Shown here in pieces: positions 37,301 to 46,010 of a stretch of 64,000 nt of DNA. Origin of the DNA: a virus (taxonomy: Duplodnaviria; Caudoviricetes). The translations under genes and the position numbers were made by a program. Under the pieces are notes generated by a model, which made no database searches, had not been told where the DNA came from, and saw nothing but the letters and a program-made list of their open reading frames with translations. Where the stretch lies: the IMG/VR virus record IMGVR_UViG_3300030095_005132, positions 1-64,000 of that record. One strand, 5' to 3'. Every line of letters begins with the position of its first letter. Position 1 is the stretch's first letter.

Positions 37301-40300
37301 GTGGGGCTATGGAACAAGGTATAGTATGGGTAGATAATGTATATGTAGATTTTACCCTTAGAGAACAATCACAGACTATACCTGTATATAAATCCTATTC
37401 TGCACAAATACAAAACGTGTCGTCTGATGGATCTATAATCACTGTAAATAAAACCATAAGGGACGTGGCTGTAGAAATAGGAGCAAACGATGATGATGAG
37501 GATGGTAATCCCGATATATATAATCAACCAGAGGTTGGTGATTTTGATGATTTTAGATTATCTTATACGAATTTAAATCCAAGAGATTTAAGAACTTATT
37601 TAAAATTTGAAAATAATTTGTTTTTAACTACAAATTTTAAATCAGATAGAGTTTCTGTAACATCTTTTCCTTATTCCATAGTCTATAAGTTATACGAACC
37701 TCTGCCAGATAATTATGAAAAATTTGATGAATGTATTGTAGTAAAAGAGATGGCAGACCCATTAGAAGAAAAAATTAAAATAATAGATTTTGTTAATGCG
37801 GAAGAACCTAAATTGGTTCTTAAAACTCCTGATTTAAATAATGTAGAAAGTCCGGTTCAAAGAAGGCAGACCAAGTTTCAAACTGAGTCTGAAATTTTAA
37901 CTTCTGATGCAGCTGTTTCTACCGCATTGAGAAGTGAATTTTTAAGTCAAAGTTTAGATAGTGTAAATATAAATACAGACTACTCTAGATTTGAAAATTT
38001 TGTAAACTTTGGTTCAGCTGAAGTTAGGATTAGAAATTTTAAAAGAAAATTAGAAGATATAGAACAATACAAAATCAATAGTGCTTCTTATGCTGGCGTA
38101 AGCGGTTCTTCGGGAGATATGAGCACTTATCATTATAAAATAATTGATACTGAGAATAAATTTGATAGATTTGAAAATTATATGTATTTTAAAAGCTCTT
38201 CTTATGTAAGCAGCTCGATTGGAATATTTCACGACAACGCATGGCCTAAAGCTAGTGGTGATGGAACATTAAACAGTCCTTATGTTTTAGCACATACAAC
38301 ATCATCACAAGCTGATACTTGGTTTGTAAATGCTGTAAATTCTGCATCTTTATATGATGATGACAACTCATCTAAGCTGAGTACTATACTTCCAGAACAT
38401 ATTAAGGTTGATACAAAAAATGATACATACCTAAAATTTATAGATATGATAGGTCAACATTTTGATGGTATATGGGAATATATAAATGCTGTAACCGATG
38501 TTTCAGATAGAAGGGAAAGTTTAGATGAGGGTATTTCAAAAGACTTATTATATTCTGTTGCTAAATCTTTAGGTTGGAATTTAAATGACGGAAAAGATTT
38601 AATTAGCTTATCTAAGTTTGCATTGGGTAAAGAAGTTACCGGCTCCTCTTTTTCTAACTACTCCACAACTTCAGAAAGAGATGTGTCGAGAGAAATTTGG
38701 AGTCGTATAATAAATAACATGCCATTTTTCTTAAAGAATAAGGGTACTGTTAGAGCTTTGAAAGGGTTAATAAATGTTTATGGAATACCATCTACAATTT
38801 TAAGAGTTAAGGAATATGGTGGACCTGATTTATCAGATGATGCTTCTCCTCAGTTTGAAATAACAAGAAAATTTACAAAAGCTTTAGATTTTAAAGGTGC
38901 TCAATATGTAAAGGTTGGGTGGACTGATGATTTAGAATCACAGAGAAAGCCTGATACTGTAGAATTTAGGTTTAGAGCTGCTACCGGTTCAAATCAAATC
39001 CTTGTAGAGAAGCAGGATATTAATAATCAAGATTGGTTCATAAGGTTAAAAGATAATGGTTCATCCGATAACTATGGTCAGGTTTCATTTATGTTATCAG
39101 GCTCTGCTGTTGGACAGGATATCGGTCAGTTTAAAGAAATAACATCAACATCTTTACCTATATATGATGGTGATTTTTATTCTGTTATGGTTGCTAGAAC
39201 ATCTGGAAGTAGCAATACTGCAGTATCACAATCGTACCAATTAAATGTTGGCAAGTATGATGCTAGTAGAAGTAAAATACACTTATATAGTACATCGACT
39301 ATGGATGTAACACAAGCAGCTTCTTCATCTTTTAGTAACGCGTGGACGGGTAGTGGTGATATTTACATCGGTGGTTCTGGTAGTATAGATGATGTTGGTG
39401 TACAATTTAGTGGTTCTATAATGGAATACAGGCATTGGACAGAAACATTAAATACATCATCATTTAAGAATCACATAGCTAATCCAAAAGCTTATGATGG
39501 AAATACTGTGTCATCATCTTATAGCAACTTAGTATTAAGATACTCCTTTAATGATGATAAGGATTTAACTTCTGATGTAGAGGGTATACGAGATGTTAGT
39601 TCAAACCAAACACAAACCGTATCAGGATCTCACAGTGGATTTACAGGAAACTTTTTTAGAAGCGTGGTTGATGAACAGAAAACCCACATACCAAGCATAG
39701 GTGCTTTAAGAAGAACTACGAATAAAATTAGATTAGAAGATAATAAAATAAAGCAAGGATTTAATTTAAATTCAGAACACAGAGCTACTGTAAGTGCTTA
39801 TGATACTGCACCAAGTGACTCTAATAAGGTTGGTATATGGTTTGCGCCAACGGATGTTATCAATACCGACATTATTAACTCAGTTGGTAATTTAAATTTT
39901 GATAATTATTTGGGTGATCCAAGAGATAAACAAGAGCTAAGTTATAGGGGTTTAGAGAATATAGCTGATAATTATTGGAAAAAGTATAACTCACCAAATA
40001 ATTTTTGGGATTACATTAGAATGATTAAATATTACGACCAATCATTGTATCCTCAAATAAGGAAATTAATACCAGCTAGATCAAAACCTGATATTGGGTT
40101 GTTAATTGAGCCAAATATATTTGAGAGACCAAAAGTTATTGTTGGAAAAGAACCAACCGCCGAAGATAGATTTTTTAGTTCTTCTATAAATATACCAAAT
40201 GAGGTTATTATTGTAACTGGTTCTTATAATGCTGGATTTAGTATTAGTGATTATGATTCTTATACTGGAAGAATTGATATATTTAGTTATGATTCTGGCT

Positions 40301-41025
40301 CATCAGTCATATCATCAAGTGGTGAGTATACTACCTATACAGGATCTAATTCTGAAATTAAGGATAGAAATACAGAACTTTCCATATGGCAAAGGTTAGG
40401 TGAGGGTAATTATAAAACCGCATCTATCACACAAGGGGATGTAAAGTATAATGAAGTTTTTCAACCAATAATAACAGGATCTAGAATATATGGTGTAAAT
40501 CAAAAACTTATCCCACTATACTCATCATCATTGAGCGCTTCATTACAAATTGCATATTCATCTTCTTTCTATAATGTGGATACGGATAATTATAATCATT
40601 TGACTCAAGGATTGATTAATTCCTTTTATGCTGGCGTTAAGAATACTAAAAAAACTACTCCGGATAGCCAGCCGCCGATAGAAGTAATCATATCCGCTCC
40701 AACTAAATTGGTAACTACAAAGGATGGGGAGTCTACATTAAAAACTGGAGATGGGGTAATATCAGAGTTCAAAGAGGCAGTTAGTAAAGAAGAAAAAGAA
40801 AATTTAAAAGTAGAAAAACAAACAGGTATAAAGAAGAAGAAAAGAAGAGGTTTGAGAAGTTTGAAGGTTAAACCGGAAACAGATCAAATGAGAAAGAAAA
40901 TGAGAAAAGAGGAACAATTTAAGAAGGAATCGGATTTGGGTGTTATGAAAGAAAGTAGGGCCGGAAAAGAATCGGATGATAAAGATAGTGACGATTCTAA
41001 ATCTAAAATAGATCCTGACAAATAA
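34342..41025 (+). CDS. Large baseplate/tail structural protein with carbohydrate-binding-like insertions and LamG-like region
   Basis: ISPSRTEVRL, FIDMIGQHFD, KNKGTVRALKGLINVYGIP (tail-I/wedge-like), FSGSIMEYRHW. Confidence 0.75.
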   Translation: MASKLTEKQKQLLDANISTRVGQKPYEDGLWGEQGNKDFVHLQLFDESNNLIEFKSVPSSEFVINTDNNNIEFYPGRHIRELGYQSGVFNIKYNFLRKLAGDEMPVLLHTIQKNDTKVGDVYTNMNAIYVTEDSLVYAATEEDYKNNPTTTEQLSIEDLTYQIDTISPSRTEVRLKSKKINGSYQDDFIDLQTAIILKEVQNKISFIGGTLYDSTQLILTLESSGFLFTKKMVGGTITIPNVFQVNQIDVPVKTNINIVQNPAGDLIETDNLGNTLNIATQNEWDESLHDNAIRATHWSDGFVNHTGTFAGTAHIGYHAYWVAEEGKGGGSCIKFTDQNELFIDLPEWPNEQRYRPLLITQEITNLLGQGVTHNDIANINFDIRSTVANKGVEISLRYADEVLVEEQPQNPPPGFFDPSNPQPTETQPTSPPAGYEPADSAAANAIEQQPPMSEFGIRELYGDSVPVPLDIAEGDDTTVWGGAGAWVVTIFQPERPSQKYTWGVNTDVVGNMMHGELSNEEEWVWNAYSEVWTVNPNLANSLIAPDGTSGKPNAVNYHPAQIQGQGRAYYERTTNRGQNLGWQTMTVIGDAKVLLFKDDLIWEQRHDRGDLDKFYFYEFDQYFPAVRNTVLNAGTDEEKTLYDDIFQNGFIQTVTRVGKGRNDGTYHNMFLIFYNNGDTNASGQMDESSNRFFYITTYAGTLDNSGTNQVHSYPNHEGVSTPLHFLKDFDGGVNQNVISNEGKMEWWFKEDDGYTRYYIATGTEYYATNEGDDAGTDGGLYDNSIDSYYPAPLGDGFGDTLANGVDCAVGPVGGFGRYRYIIGDRQYRAKGSAADGTDRDKSLNDVFFRCGEVINQNGDSVTFGVRNPSATNYGVFGDFADAGELTEADVTPVYDNGLGEYDFPDNPLQIGVLSEGENWVWDGSQWNDNSLNPPRYNYKSPPSTKQILAPEIAGEWINVSAQIPIPSDWLLGQKWYLQIYGSGKSQSGAMEQGIVWVDNVYVDFTLREQSQTIPVYKSYSAQIQNVSSDGSIITVNKTIRDVAVEIGANDDDEDGNPDIYNQPEVGDFDDFRLSYTNLNPRDLRTYLKFENNLFLTTNFKSDRVSVTSFPYSIVYKLYEPLPDNYEKFDECIVVKEMADPLEEKIKIIDFVNAEEPKLVLKTPDLNNVESPVQRRQTKFQTESEILTSDAAVSTALRSEFLSQSLDSVNINTDYSRFENFVNFGSAEVRIRNFKRKLEDIEQYKINSASYAGVSGSSGDMSTYHYKIIDTENKFDRFENYMYFKSSSYVSSSIGIFHDNAWPKASGDGTLNSPYVLAHTTSSQADTWFVNAVNSASLYDDDNSSKLSTILPEHIKVDTKNDTYLKFIDMIGQHFDGIWEYINAVTDVSDRRESLDEGISKDLLYSVAKSLGWNLNDGKDLISLSKFALGKEVTGSSFSNYSTTSERDVSREIWSRIINNMPFFLKNKGTVRALKGLINVYGIPSTILRVKEYGGPDLSDDASPQFEITRKFTKALDFKGAQYVKVGWTDDLESQRKPDTVEFRFRAATGSNQILVEKQDINNQDWFIRLKDNGSSDNYGQVSFMLSGSAVGQDIGQFKEITSTSLPIYDGDFYSVMVARTSGSSNTAVSQSYQLNVGKYDASRSKIHLYSTSTMDVTQAASSSFSNAWTGSGDIYIGGSGSIDDVGVQFSGSIMEYRHWTETLNTSSFKNHIANPKAYDGNTVSSSYSNLVLRYSFNDDKDLTSDVEGIRDVSSNQTQTVSGSHSGFTGNFFRSVVDEQKTHIPSIGALRRTTNKIRLEDNKIKQGFNLNSEHRATVSAYDTAPSDSNKVGIWFAPTDVINTDIINSVGNLNFDNYLGDPRDKQELSYRGLENIADNYWKKYNSPNNFWDYIRMIKYYDQSLYPQIRKLIPARSKPDIGLLIEPNIFERPKVIVGKEPTAEDRFFSSSINIPNEVIIVTGSYNAGFSISDYDSYTGRIDIFSYDSGSSVISSSGEYTTYTGSNSEIKDRNTELSIWQRLGEGNYKTASITQGDVKYNEVFQPIITGSRIYGVNQKLIPLYSSSLSASLQIAYSSSFYNVDTDNYNHLTQGLINSFYAGVKNTKKTTPDSQPPIEVIISAPTKLVTTKDGESTLKTGDGVISEFKEAVSKEEKENLKVEKQTGIKKKKRRGLRSLKVKPETDQMRKKMRKEEQFKKESDLGVMKESRAGKESDDKDSDDSKSKIDPDK

Positions 41026-41118
41026 GGTAAATAAAATTAACAAAAATTTGAAATAGTGATATTTATATATAACTCATATTATAAATCATATATCAAAAAA
41101 AATTATTAGGAGCTAATT

Positions 41119-41790
41119 ATGGGATTTCTAAACAACACTACTGTTACTGTAGATGCTATACTAACTAAAAAGGGTCGTGAATTGTTAGCACAAGGTACAG
41201 AAGCATTTAATATTACAAAATTTGCTTTATCGGATGATGAAGTTGATTACAATTTATGGGATGTAACACACCCAAATGGAAGTGATTACTATGGATCGGT
41301 AATTGAAAATATGCCACTTTTAGAGGCAATACCAGATGAAAATCACGTCATGAGATATAAGCTTGTTACCCTTCCAAAAAATAGTATTAGAATGCCTGTG
41401 GTTTCTGTAAGTCCAGGATCGGTTACTTTCGGTGTAAGTGGTGGTTTAAATCAAGTATCACCGACAATCGAACCTTTAACTGCTAATGTTGCTGACGCTT
41501 CTTATACATTTATATTACACGATCAGTCTGTTTGTAGTATGACGGTACAAAATGCAGGTGGTGGATCGGTTGGTGCTACTACTCCATTCTTCTTAGGAGA
41601 TGATGATGCACCAAATAGTAAAACTCTTGTTGCAGCTAGTGTAAAGGTTGGAGTTCTTCCACTACAGAATGCATCAGCTACTCAACTAACTGTCATAGGT
41701 AATGATACCGGCGCTACAAATTCCATAACCATAACAAATAATGTAACACTTGCATCAATTGCTACGGTTGGTGGTGCTGGCGCTTTTTAA
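41119..41790 (+). CDS. Virion structural protein (baseplate/tail-fibre attachment)
   Basis: VDAILTKKGRELLA...ITKFALSDDEVDY. Confidence 0.7.
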   Translation: MGFLNNTTVTVDAILTKKGRELLAQGTEAFNITKFALSDDEVDYNLWDVTHPNGSDYYGSVIENMPLLEAIPDENHVMRYKLVTLPKNSIRMPVVSVSPGSVTFGVSGGLNQVSPTIEPLTANVADASYTFILHDQSVCSMTVQNAGGGSVGATTPFFLGDDDAPNSKTLVAASVKVGVLPLQNASATQLTVIGNDTGATNSITITNNVTLASIATVGGAGAF

Positions 41791-41809
41791 TAAATTAAAG
41801 GAGTAAAAG

Positions 41810-42865
41810 ATGGCAATCTATAAAGATTTTAACATACAACCTGAAAACAGCTTGGTTTCAGGAGATGTAGTCACTAATGTAAAAGATACAGTTTCTTCAG
41901 GAATGTGGGCTGATGGGGATGGTAGTATGACTACTTTCTTTACTTCATCTACTCAAAGTTCAAGCAATCATCAATATTATTTAGATGTTTACGCATCTAA
42001 TCCACAAACTGATGCAACTGCTAAATCCCAATTTTCAGTCGCTTTTGGTCACTTTGAGGGAAGTGGTTCTGTTGGTACTAAAGGTGTTGATGGAAATAGA
42101 GCATCTGCTGCTATATATAGGCAATTATCCAATACTTTATTAGGACCAAATGAAGAGAAATTCTCATTTGCAGATTCTGGCGGAGATCACACAACTCCTT
42201 CTTATATCTATGCGATATCAATTGCTAGACAACAACTTCGTGAGAAGATGGATCCAGGTAATTGGGAATTGCATTTAAGTGGTAGTGGAACATCAACGTT
42301 AAAATTAATTGACGATAGTGGTGCTACAACAAATCCAACTGTAAATCAAGGTGGTAGGGTATTTAACATTGTTAGTGGTTCTATATCTGGTGGTACAGCA
42401 ACAACAAAAACACCAGCTACTTCACAAGATGGTGGGGGATTTGGATTGTTTTATCCTGATATGGGATTAATGGTATTTAATGGACCTGTTTTAGCTGCAC
42501 AAACATCTGCGTCATTATCAGCGTCTGTTGCTTCAAATACAGAGGGTGGAAACGTTGGTAAATTTTATGAAAAAATAGAAGGTGCTGGATATTTTGCTGC
42601 TAGAAGAGAAGAGGTGATAAGCTCTCAACATTATTTCTGTAGAGTACCTAATAAAGAGTTTAATTTTAGTTCCAATCCTACTTTTACATCAGGTTCAAAC
42701 GGAGACTTTACTGTTCCAACTTTCTTTAAAAATCCAAAGTCTTTTATAACACAAGTGGGATTGTATAATGATAACAATGAACTCTTGGCTGTTGCTAAAC
42801 TGAGTAAACCATTATTGAAAACTTATTCAAGGGAAGCTATAATCAAAGTTAAATTAGACTTTTAA
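41810..42865 (+). CDS. Virion structural protein
   Basis: C-terminal ITQVGLYNDNNELLAVAKLSKP...KVKLDF. Confidence 0.7.
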   Translation: MAIYKDFNIQPENSLVSGDVVTNVKDTVSSGMWADGDGSMTTFFTSSTQSSSNHQYYLDVYASNPQTDATAKSQFSVAFGHFEGSGSVGTKGVDGNRASAAIYRQLSNTLLGPNEEKFSFADSGGDHTTPSYIYAISIARQQLREKMDPGNWELHLSGSGTSTLKLIDDSGATTNPTVNQGGRVFNIVSGSISGGTATTKTPATSQDGGGFGLFYPDMGLMVFNGPVLAAQTSASLSASVASNTEGGNVGKFYEKIEGAGYFAARREEVISSQHYFCRVPNKEFNFSSNPTFTSGSNGDFTVPTFFKNPKSFITQVGLYNDNNELLAVAKLSKPLLKTYSREAIIKVKLDF

Positions 42866-42883
42866 GCTTGGGAGATATAGGTC

Positions 42884-43858
42884 ATGTTTAAAAGGCTAGA
42901 CCCAAGAGACATTAATGTAACGCCATTCAAGGCTTATAAACAGTTTAATGTTACTAATGTAGATAGTGGTAGTGGTGTATATGGTTTTAGAGCTGTAAGT
43001 GCGAGTATATACAATTTTGATACCGATAATGCTCAAAAAACAACCTTTGAATCTGCTAGTTTTTATTACATTCCAACCTGGTTTATGTTAAATCATATGT
43101 ACTATCGTGATACTGAAAATAATTTCAATAATTTCGGACAAAATAATGGTAAACAATATAGATTATTACAACCATCTGCTTCTGTAATATCAGTTCCTAA
43201 AGATTTATATGGAGAAAGAATAAAACCAAAGTCTATTGTACTGAAAGATGATAGCTCATCTTCAACAGTTACAATTGTAGATGATGGTAATGGTAACCTT
43301 TTTGATAATAGTTTATCATCTAGTTTTGCTGATTTTGCTGCTAGTGGATTTAATGATGAAAATATAATTCAGTCTACTGCTAGCTTTGCTGGTAATGTAT
43401 TTTACGAACAAGGAGTTTTAGTATTTACAAATACTGGATCTAAGTTTGTAGATGTTGGAACTGGACTGGGTACTGATGGGTATGATTTAGAATATAAAGC
43501 GCAAGTTACATTAAGAGAACATTCATATACTTGTATAGTAGGTGAAGGTGAGTTGAATAGTACTAATAATATATCAGTAACTACTGATAGGAGTGGTAGC
43601 ATAAGTGTCTCAGGCTCACATAGTTGGAAACTTTTTCCACCTGGCCATGCAGCTGCTAAGTCAGGCTCATATAAACATTATTACGGGCAATCTCCTACAT
43701 TTAATAATTTCGTGACACATTCTGAGTTTCAGCCATATATAACAAAAGTAGGATTGTATAATGACTTTAATGAATTAATAGCTATTGGTCAATTATCACA
43801 TCCTATAAAAAATGATGAGGAGTTAGCTTTGGGTATTCAAGTGAGGTTTGATGTATAA
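42884..43858 (+). CDS. Virion structural protein, paralog of upstream gene
   Basis: C-terminal ITKVGLYNDFNELIAIGQLSHP...QVRFDV. Confidence 0.7.
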   Translation: MFKRLDPRDINVTPFKAYKQFNVTNVDSGSGVYGFRAVSASIYNFDTDNAQKTTFESASFYYIPTWFMLNHMYYRDTENNFNNFGQNNGKQYRLLQPSASVISVPKDLYGERIKPKSIVLKDDSSSSTVTIVDDGNGNLFDNSLSSSFADFAASGFNDENIIQSTASFAGNVFYEQGVLVFTNTGSKFVDVGTGLGTDGYDLEYKAQVTLREHSYTCIVGEGELNSTNNISVTTDRSGSISVSGSHSWKLFPPGHAAAKSGSYKHYYGQSPTFNNFVTHSEFQPYITKVGLYNDFNELIAIGQLSHPIKNDEELALGIQVRFDV

Positions 43859-44385
43859 TGGGTAAGTTTAAAAAAATGATGGAAGTAACTTCTGTAAAAG
43901 AAAGTACAACTTCAACTAGTTCTCCAGGTCCAAAAGGATATGCCGCTTTTCTAAAAGACTCTGATGAATTTAAAAAGAAAAACAAGAGTATGGCTTCTTT
44001 TTATAAAAAAGCTATGGGTTATTTACTTGTAGAAAGAATAGACTATTTAGACACCGCAAAACAGATGGTTAAAAAATATGGTTTAAAATCTAAAGTAAAA
44101 ATAGGTTCTGGTAAAAACTTTGGTGAGTATGTGCCTGAAACTGATACTTTAACATTAAGACCATCTTACAAATCAACCAAAGACTTTCTGATGACAGTTC
44201 TGCACGAAATAGGACATGCACTTGATTCTAAAAGACTAGGTAAAATAAAGTTTATGAAAAAATACACACAGGCTGGCACAATGGCTGCTTATGATGGATT
44301 AGATCCTCACGATGATAATAAGTGGGAAGAGAAAGCTGAAAGATTTGCTAAAAAAGAAATAAAAAAATATTTGTATAATAAATAA
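43858..44385 (+). CDS. Zincin-like metallopeptidase
   Basis: TVLHEIGHALD...WEEKAERFA. Confidence 0.75.
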   Translation: MGKFKKMMEVTSVKESTTSTSSPGPKGYAAFLKDSDEFKKKNKSMASFYKKAMGYLLVERIDYLDTAKQMVKKYGLKSKVKIGSGKNFGEYVPETDTLTLRPSYKSTKDFLMTVLHEIGHALDSKRLGKIKFMKKYTQAGTMAAYDGLDPHDDNKWEEKAERFAKKEIKKYLYNK

Positions 44386-44496
44386 TTTCTGTATATATAT
44401 TATTATGTTAACATACAATTTGGTTATTGAAAAATTCTTGATAGGTTTTTTAATAAGAAATCTTTGCCCTGAAGTACCAAATATTAATTTAACTAA

Positions 44497-44543
44497 TAAC
44501 AAGTAACAAGTATAACAAGTACAAGTATAACAAGTACAAAGTA
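44497..44543 (+). repeat. Short tandem ACAAGT repeats
   Basis: TAACAAGTAACAAGTATAACAAGTACAAGTATAACAAGTACAAAGTA. Confidence 0.8.
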
Positions 44544-44550
44544 ATTAATT

Positions 44551-44907
44551 ATGAAATCAAGAAGTGCTAAAAATAAAGGTAAAAGACTTCAAAACAATAT
44601 AAGAGATCTTTTATTAGAAACATTTAATCAATTAGAGCCCGATGATGTTCGTTCAGCTATTATGGGTGAACAAGGAGAAGATATTAAATTATCTCCAGCA
44701 GCTCGTAGACTCATACCTTATTCATTTGAGTGTAAGAATCAAGAAGCATTGAATATATGGTCATCACTACAACAAGCAGAAGAAAATAGTGGTGATTACG
44801 ATCCTGTTTTGATATTTAAAAGAAACAGAAGTAAAACATATGCAGTTATTAACATAGAAAAATTTATAGAACTAATAAATGAATCAAATAGTAAATCTAC
44901 TAAATAG
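44551..44907 (+). CDS. Holliday junction resolvase-like PD-(D/E)xK nuclease
   Basis: SAKNKGKRLQ, GEDI, SFECKNQE. Confidence 0.75.
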   Translation: MKSRSAKNKGKRLQNNIRDLLLETFNQLEPDDVRSAIMGEQGEDIKLSPAARRLIPYSFECKNQEALNIWSSLQQAEENSGDYDPVLIFKRNRSKTYAVINIEKFIELINESNSKSTK

Positions 44908-45820
44908 AGTAATAGGAAATAGAGGGAGACAATTAAAGAAAGCCAATGAGTACATGTATTGGTCTCCGTTTACCTCACACCATAAACCTAAATTACAAAT
45001 AAATACACAAACTCAGAAATGGCATTGTTGGGTTTCAAATCAAGGTGGTCATAAACTTTATCAGCTATTTAAAAAATTAAAAGCTAGTAAAGAGCAATTT
45101 GATGAACTTACAGAGCTTGTGGGTGGATTCCAATCACTATCATCAAATCGTGAGAAAGTCAAGAGAAATATTGTAAGATTACCAAAAGAATTTAAGCCGC
45201 TTTGGAAAAATGGTTCTAGTATAATTGGTAGACACTCAAAAGCATATCTCAATAACAGAAATGTTTCTAGTGGGGATATTCTTCGATATGGGATAGGTTA
45301 TTGTGAAGATGGTATATATGCTAACCGTACCATTGTACCTTCCTATAACAGCGAAGGAGAGCTTAATTATTTTGTCGGTAGAGACATATACAATGGTGGT
45401 ATGAAATATAAAAATCCACCTGTATCTAAGGATGTTATTGGATTTGATTTATTTATCAATTGGGATGAGCCGATTGTATTATGTGAGGGTGTTTTTGATG
45501 CGATGGCTATAAAAAGAAATGCTGTTCCTTTATTTGGTAAAACTATACCGAAATCTCTTATGAAAAAAATATACGAAAAAAAGGTTAAGAAGATATATAT
45601 ATTATTAGATAGGGATGCTGTTAAAGATGCTATAAAAATAACAGATGATTTAACTAAAAATGGCATAGATGTTTATTTCGTAAGACTGTCGAAAGAAGAT
45701 CCTTCAGATATGGGATTTAAAAGAGTTATTAATCTCATAAAAGAAACTAAACAAACTTCTTTCTCTGATTTAATGAGGATGAAATTAAATGGTAAAAAAA
45801 GAAAATATTTGGAAATTTAA
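44879..45820 (+). CDS. DNA primase (TOPRIM)
   Basis: YLNNR, YKNP, VLCEGVFDAMAI, ILLDRDA, EDPSD. Confidence 0.88.
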   Translation: MNQIVNLLNRVIGNRGRQLKKANEYMYWSPFTSHHKPKLQINTQTQKWHCWVSNQGGHKLYQLFKKLKASKEQFDELTELVGGFQSLSSNREKVKRNIVRLPKEFKPLWKNGSSIIGRHSKAYLNNRNVSSGDILRYGIGYCEDGIYANRTIVPSYNSEGELNYFVGRDIYNGGMKYKNPPVSKDVIGFDLFINWDEPIVLCEGVFDAMAIKRNAVPLFGKTIPKSLMKKIYEKKVKKIYILLDRDAVKDAIKITDDLTKNGIDVYFVRLSKEDPSDMGFKRVINLIKETKQTSFSDLMRMKLNGKKRKYLEI

Positions 45821-46010
45821 TGATGAAGAATGGAAGGTTCATTTTGATGATTCTGAGCTGCTCAAACTAGCAAAGAAAAAATTTAATTTGGGAAATTCTA
45901 TGACTATTTATTATGAAAGTGGAAGTCTCTCCGAAGAAACTTCTTGGGATATTATAGTACCAAATAATAAAATCGATGAAGTTAAAAAATTCATAAAGGA
46001 TAATTCTTGA
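45789..46010 (+). CDS. Hypothetical protein
   Basis: ORF overlapping neighbours. Confidence 0.6.
   Translation: MVKKENIWKFNDEEWKVHFDDSELLKLAKKKFNLGNSMTIYYESGSLSEETSWDIIVPNNKIDEVKKFIKDNS

Noticed and set aside
44497-44543. CRISPR array
   Set aside because: Units are 6-9 bp with no unique spacers; no cas genes
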